From: an uncultured delta proteobacterium
Lineage (GTDB): Bacteria; Myxococcota_A; Polyangia; Polyangiales; Polyangiaceae
Assembly (NCBI GenBank): GCA_963782055.1
Contig: CAWAIF010000003.1
Span: 6,336,001 to 6,400,000, forward strand
Length of the DNA stretch: 64,000 nt
Direction of reading: 5' to 3'
How positions within the stretch are numbered: position 1 is the first letter of the stretch; each line of letters opens with the position of its first letter. A program made the translations under genes and the position numbers. Under the pieces are notes generated by a model, which saw only the letters and a program-made list of their open reading frames with translations, was not told where the DNA came from and made no database searches. Shown here piece after piece: positions 59,442 to 64,000 of this stretch.

Positions 59442-60326
59442 ATGAGATCGCTTCTTCTTCGAGCTGGAACTGGCATCACCCTCGCGTGGGTGCTCTCCGC
59501 GTGCGGCGCGTCCATGAAGATGGCGCCGGAAGCTCCGGATGCCTACGCGCCGGCGCGCGCGGCGGTGGCCGACGCGGCCCCGGGCATGGCGGGAGGCGCC
59601 CAGGGGGCGCAGCCAATGAACGCCCCGGCCCCGGTCGCCAACGTCGGCGGCGGCGCGCCCCCAGGGCTCGCGACCGGGGCGACCGGCGCCAAGGTGACCA
59701 CCACCACGACCAAGCCACGGACCGCCGAGGCGCAGAGCCCGGACGTGCTCATCGTCTACACCGGCGACGTGCAGATGATGGTCGACGAAGAGCGCATGGC
59801 GACCACCATCGACAAGATCATCGACGCCGCCGAGGCGGTGGGCGGGCACCTCGCCGGCCGCAAGGACACCAGCGTGCAGGTGAAGGTGCCCTCCGCGCAC
59901 TTCCGTGACGCGCTCTCGCACATCGAGGAGCTCGGCGCGGTCACGCACCGCTCGGTCTCGGCCGAGGACGTCTCGGAGGAGTACCACGACGCCGAGGTGC
60001 AGCTCGCCAACCTGAAGGCGACGCGCCAGCGCCTGCAAGATTTCCTGAGCAAGGCGCCCAACGTCAAGGACATGCTCACGGTCGAGCACGAGCTCGAGCG
60101 CATCGGCATGGACATCGATCGCATCGAGGGCCGCATGCGATACCTGCGTGTGCACACCGCCTTCTCGCTCATCTCGGTGGAGCTGACCGCCAAGCCGAAG
60201 CCCGTGAAGGTGATCGCGCAGAAGCCGCCGCCGCCTCCCAAGGCACCTCCCCCGCGCGCCATGGACCTGCCGGTGACCTGGCTGGACGACATGGGCGTTC
60301 CCCAACTTCTTCAAGTCGAAAAGTGA
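59442..60326 (+). CDS. DUF4349-domain lipoprotein
   Basis: LSAC lipobox; VKVPSAHF, EDVSEEYHD, coiled coil, FSLISVEL. Confidence 0.8.
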   Translation: MRSLLLRAGTGITLAWVLSACGASMKMAPEAPDAYAPARAAVADAAPGMAGGAQGAQPMNAPAPVANVGGGAPPGLATGATGAKVTTTTTKPRTAEAQSPDVLIVYTGDVQMMVDEERMATTIDKIIDAAEAVGGHLAGRKDTSVQVKVPSAHFRDALSHIEELGAVTHRSVSAEDVSEEYHDAEVQLANLKATRQRLQDFLSKAPNVKDMLTVEHELERIGMDIDRIEGRMRYLRVHTAFSLISVELTAKPKPVKVIAQKPPPPPKAPPPRAMDLPVTWLDDMGVPQLLQVEK

Positions 60327-60799
60327 GACTGACCATGCGCTTCCACACCATCCTCTCCGCCCTCGCCTGCGTCGCCGCCCTGAGCGCCGCGTGCACCCCC
60401 GCCGCCCGGCTCTCCGCCCCCGACGGCTTCACCCACCTGGACGGCAAGTACGACGACCGCGTCGCCAGCGCGCGCGGCGTCGTCGTCGGCGCCCGCGTCG
60501 AGAAGAACGAGCCTCAGGCCAACCTGGAGTTCTGGACGGACGCGATCGATCTGCGGCTGCGGCAGCGCGGCTACGTCCCGGAGGCTTCGAGCGGCGCCGA
60601 CGTGAAGAGCGCGAGCGGCCTGCCCGGCAAGTCGCTGCGCTACACCTGGTTCGACGGGACGCGCGACAACGCGTACTGGGTCGATGTCTTCGCGACCGAC
60701 CGCCACGTGGTGCTCGTCGAGGCGGCCGGCGCGACCAGCGACTTCAGGGCGAGCGAGAAGGCGGTCGAGGCGAGCATGAGGTCGGTGCGGGTCGACTGA
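60323..60799 (+). CDS. Lipoprotein coupled to the DUF4349 gene
   Basis: GTGA overlap (alternative ATG 60335); LSAAC lipobox. Confidence 0.7.
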   Translation: MRLTMRFHTILSALACVAALSAACTPAARLSAPDGFTHLDGKYDDRVASARGVVVGARVEKNEPQANLEFWTDAIDLRLRQRGYVPEASSGADVKSASGLPGKSLRYTWFDGTRDNAYWVDVFATDRHVVLVEAAGATSDFRASEKAVEASMRSVRVD

Positions 60800-60879
60800 C
60801 GCCGGGACCCGACACGCCCCACGCGGGGAGGGGCCCCCGCCCAATGCATGACCTTCCCTCGGCCTCTGTAATAGAGGAG

Positions 60880-60952
<73 letters not shown>

Positions 60953-61092
60953 GGGTGACCCGGCGGTCGGGGGACCGACGGGCGGCGGCGGACTCTACGC
61001 GCTGGCCTGGCGATGTCAAGCCGCCACCGCAGGACACGGACGCGGGCGAGGCGCGGCGGCTGACGCCCCGCCTCACCCGCGTCGGGGGCGAG

Positions 61093-61521
61093 CTACTTCT
61101 TCTTGCCCTTGTCCTTGTCCTTGTCCTTGTCCTTCTTGTCGTCGTGGTGGGCGGTGCTCGGACCGCCCTTGTCGTGACCCTTGTCGTGATTGGCGTCGTG
61201 GCCCTTGTCGTCGTGGTCCTTGCCCTGGCCGTTGTGGTTGCCGTCGTCGCCGTGCTCGTCGTGGCCCTGCCCCGCGTGCATCCCGTCGTCGCCGTGCTCG
61301 TCGTGGCCCTGTCCGGCGTGCATCCCGTCGTCGCCGTGCATGTCGTGATCGTGATCGCCGTCGTGGTGCACCGGCGGTCCAGCCATGGGCGGCGAGTCGG
61401 GCGGCATCGCCGGGCCCGGTCCGGCGGAGCCCTCCGCGACGCACGCGGTCGAGGACAGGGCGAGCGCGCCGATCGCCGCGATGGCGATCAGCGTACCGAA
61501 CGAACGTGCTTCGTGACGCAT
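61093..61521 (-). CDS. His/Asp-rich low-complexity lipoprotein
   Basis: STAC lipobox; MHAGQGHDEHGDDG x2 (42-bp tandem repeat); (KD)n tail. Confidence 0.75.
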   Translation of the reverse strand: MRHEARSFGTLIAIAAIGALALSSTACVAEGSAGPGPAMPPDSPPMAGPPVHHDGDHDHDMHGDDGMHAGQGHDEHGDDGMHAGQGHDEHGDDGNHNGQGKDHDDKGHDANHDKGHDKGGPSTAHHDDKKDKDKDKDKGKKK

Positions 61522-61739
61522 GGGTTTCTCCTTGTCGTCGGCCACGCCGACGGGACGAAGCTACGCGGGTCGCGGGCCTCGTCAATGTGAGCAAACGGAG
61601 GCGGTGTCGCGCATCACGCACACGCGCCCCGGTCAGCGGGGCGACCACCTTACCGGTCCTGGTTGCGACCAGAGCGCCCCCTTCGGCCCTGAATTCCTGG
61701 GCGAATCGTCGTGGCGAGGGGGTTGCACGCTCGGCGAGG

Positions 61740-63098
61740 ATGACCCTTCGCATCCTGCTCAGCCTTGCCGTCGTGGCGGCCGTCTCCTCCTCGTGCAGCT
61801 CCAGCGACTCCAACCAGTCATGCGCCGTCGGCGACACCGAGGCGTGCAAGGACGCGGGCGACGGCTTCGTCTGCGAGCAGGTGCAGGGAGGGACGACCGC
61901 GTGCTTCGCGCCGCTCACCGTCCAGGGCAAGGTGATCGACGGCCAGACCAGCGCGCCCATCGCCAACGCCAGGGTGCTCGCGCGCGACGTCGACGGCGCG
62001 GCGGTGAGCCCGGTCGCCGTCACCGCCGCCGACGGCACCTACGCGCTGCGCGTCCCCGCGACGCGCGACGCGTCCGGCGCGATCGTGTCGTTCAAGGTGA
62101 CGCTGCGCGCCGACGCGCAGGGCTACCAGTCCTTCCCGGGCGGCATCCGCATCGCCCTGCCCTTCGACCTCGCGACCGCCAGCGGCTCCCCGCCGGTGCT
62201 GGAGGCACCCCCGACCACCGTGGCGCTCTTCTCCACCGGCAAGTCCGGCCAGGGCTGGATCTCCGGCAAGGTGGACTCGTCGAAGGCGGCGGGCACCGTG
62301 GTCGTGGCGCAGGGCGGCGGGACCGGCGTCGCCGATCGTGACGGGTCGTACGTCGTGTTCAACGTCGACCCCGGCACGGTCACGGTGAACGGCTACGTGG
62401 CCGGCGTGAACCTGAAGCCGGCATCGGCGACGGTCACCGCGGGCGCGGAGACGCCGAACGTCGACCTCGCGGAGGCGGGCGCGGCGAACGGCTCGGTCAC
62501 CGGCTCGGTCAACATCGTCAACGCCGCGGGCGCGTCGTCGACGTCCGTCGTGCTGGTCATCGACGACACCTTCAACGCCACGCTGGAGCGCGGTGACGTG
62601 CCGGTGGGTCTGCGCGCGGGCAACGTGAAGGGCGCCTACTCCATCACCGGCGTGCCGGACGGCAAGTACGCCGTGCTCGCCGCCTTCGAGAACGACGGGC
62701 TGGTGCGCGATCCAGACACCAGCATCGCGGGGACGCAGATCCAGCACATCACCGTGTCCGGCGGGCCGACGTCGGTGTCCGGCTTCAAGGTGACCGGCGC
62801 GCTGGACGTCATCTCCCCCGGCGCGGGCGATCCGGAGACCGTCACCGGGGCGCCCACCTTCCGGTGGAAGGACGACTCCAGCGAGACCGGCTACCACCTG
62901 CAGGTCTTCGACACCTTCGGCAACGTCGTCTGGGACAATCCGACCATCCCCGGCTCCAGCGGCTCCGACCCGTCGGTACCCTACGGTGGTCCGTCGCTCT
63001 CGCCCGGCGCCTGGTACCAGTTCCGCGTCACCTCCCTGAAGAACCAGACGCCCATCGCGCGGACCGAGGACCTGAAGGGGATCTTCATCGAGCAGTAG
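61740..63098 (+). CDS. Lipoprotein with carboxypeptidase-regulatory-like/Ig domains
   Basis: SSSC lipobox; VQGKVIDG...PIANARV...TAADGTYAL; beta-rich repeats. Confidence 0.75.
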   Translation: MTLRILLSLAVVAAVSSSCSSSDSNQSCAVGDTEACKDAGDGFVCEQVQGGTTACFAPLTVQGKVIDGQTSAPIANARVLARDVDGAAVSPVAVTAADGTYALRVPATRDASGAIVSFKVTLRADAQGYQSFPGGIRIALPFDLATASGSPPVLEAPPTTVALFSTGKSGQGWISGKVDSSKAAGTVVVAQGGGTGVADRDGSYVVFNVDPGTVTVNGYVAGVNLKPASATVTAGAETPNVDLAEAGAANGSVTGSVNIVNAAGASSTSVVLVIDDTFNATLERGDVPVGLRAGNVKGAYSITGVPDGKYAVLAAFENDGLVRDPDTSIAGTQIQHITVSGGPTSVSGFKVTGALDVISPGAGDPETVTGAPTFRWKDDSSETGYHLQVFDTFGNVVWDNPTIPGSSGSDPSVPYGGPSLSPGAWYQFRVTSLKNQTPIARTEDLKGIFIEQ

Positions 63099-63108
63099 CG
63101 ACGAGGGC

Positions 63109-64000
63109 TCAGCCCGCGGGCGCGAGCAAGGTGAAGGGCTCCGGCCCCAGCTCGTAACCCGCCTCGCGCAGCACCACCCGCTCGGGGTGCGCCGGGTCGT
63201 CCTCCACCAGCGCGCGCAGCCGGTGGAGGGTCACGCGGATGCGGTTGGTGTCGTTGAGCGGGTGGAACTGGCGCACGCCCCACACGTCGCGCGCCAGGTC
63301 CTCGAAGCCGGCCGCTCCGCCGCGGGTCGCGAGCACCTCCAGCACCTTGAGCAGCAGCTTCTGCCGCACAAGGCTCACGGTGCGCCCGCTCGGCAGCCAC
63401 ACGCTCTGACGACGCACGTCCACGCCCCAGCCCGCGCGCCACGCACCGCCCTGCCGCCGCACGCTCACCACGCGCGCCGCGGCCTGCGCGCGCACCGCGT
63501 CCACGACCGCCGCGTCCACCGCGTCGAGGGTGGGGCGCTCGGCGCCGAGCAGCGCGCGCGCGCGACGCGCCGCGGACGGGGCGACCTGGTCCATCATGGC
63601 GAGCTCCTCCAGCGCCACCGGGTCGAGCGCCGGCTCGTCCAGCGCGCAGGCGAGCAGCCGCGCCTCTGCCGCGAACCGCGGCGACGGGAGGTCCGCGGCG
63701 CGCCGCGCGACGTCGCCCGCCTCCGCGAGGGCCGCGGCGCGGTCGCCGGAGACGGCGAGCGCCTCGACGAGGGTCAGGCGCGCCTCCATCTGGTGCACCC
63801 CCCAGCCATGGGTGCCCGCCACGTCGATGGCGCGGCGCGCGAGGGCCGCCGCCGGCGCGCCGCTCACCAGCGTGCGCGTGGCGTCCACCATCGCGCGCAG
63901 GATGGTGCCCTCCACGTCGCGCGGCTCCGGCGCGGGCAGCTCCCGCCCGGCGCGCGCGGCGCAGAGCGCCAGCCGCAAGGCGAAGCTGGAGCGGGACCCG
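63109..64000 (-). CDS. C-terminal part of a TPR-like plus winged-helix (OmpR-C type) regulator; 5' end outside the window
   Basis: LLKVLEVL...LARDVWG...NRIRVTLHRLRALVE...GYEL. Confidence 0.7.
   Translation of the reverse strand, partial: GSRSSFALRLALCAARAGRELPAPEPRDVEGTILRAMVDATRTLVSGAPAAALARRAIDVAGTHGWGVHQMEARLTLVEALAVSGDRAAALAEAGDVARRAADLPSPRFAAEARLLACALDEPALDPVALEELAMMDQVAPSAARRARALLGAERPTLDAVDAAVVDAVRAQAAARVVSVRRQGGAWRAGWGVDVRRQSVWLPSGRTVSLVRQKLLLKVLEVLATRGGAAGFEDLARDVWGVRQFHPLNDTNRIRVTLHRLRALVEDDPAHPERVVLREAGYELGPEPFTLLAPAG

Noticed and set aside
61240..61340. CRISPR-like repeats
   Set aside because: Contiguous in-frame coding tandem repeats without unique spacers; no cas genes.

Overview
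Very GC-rich bacterial DNA. The gene content points to a myxobacterium, probably Polyangiaceae/Sorangiineae (inference): many Cys-rich and 'DAG'-linker lipoproteins, Ser/Thr kinases, ECF sigma/anti-sigma, tandem triple-DsbA proteins and an orphan fliO-sctR/fliP pair. The window holds about 50 CDS, one tRNA-Ala(CGC) and one complete IS4-family element with 10-bp target duplications. No CRISPR array or rRNA was seen. Most interesting: (1) a secreted Cys/Pro-rich leader ORF ending in ERPPRA, followed by a ~245-nt multi-hairpin region, in front of two triple-thioredoxin DsbA genes, a candidate ribosome-arrest sensor of envelope folding; (2) a bacterial teneurin-like lipoprotein missed by the ORF track, with a G12/C12 tract inside its putative promoter spacer, a candidate for phase variation; (3) a stand-alone MAD3/MAD4-like ATPase plus TOPRIM-like pair, a candidate two-gene defence module; (4) sigma54-type promoters placed almost directly on start codons; (5) several single-base lesions that are either pseudogenisation or consensus errors. 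All family calls come from motif recognition by eye; no database searches were run.
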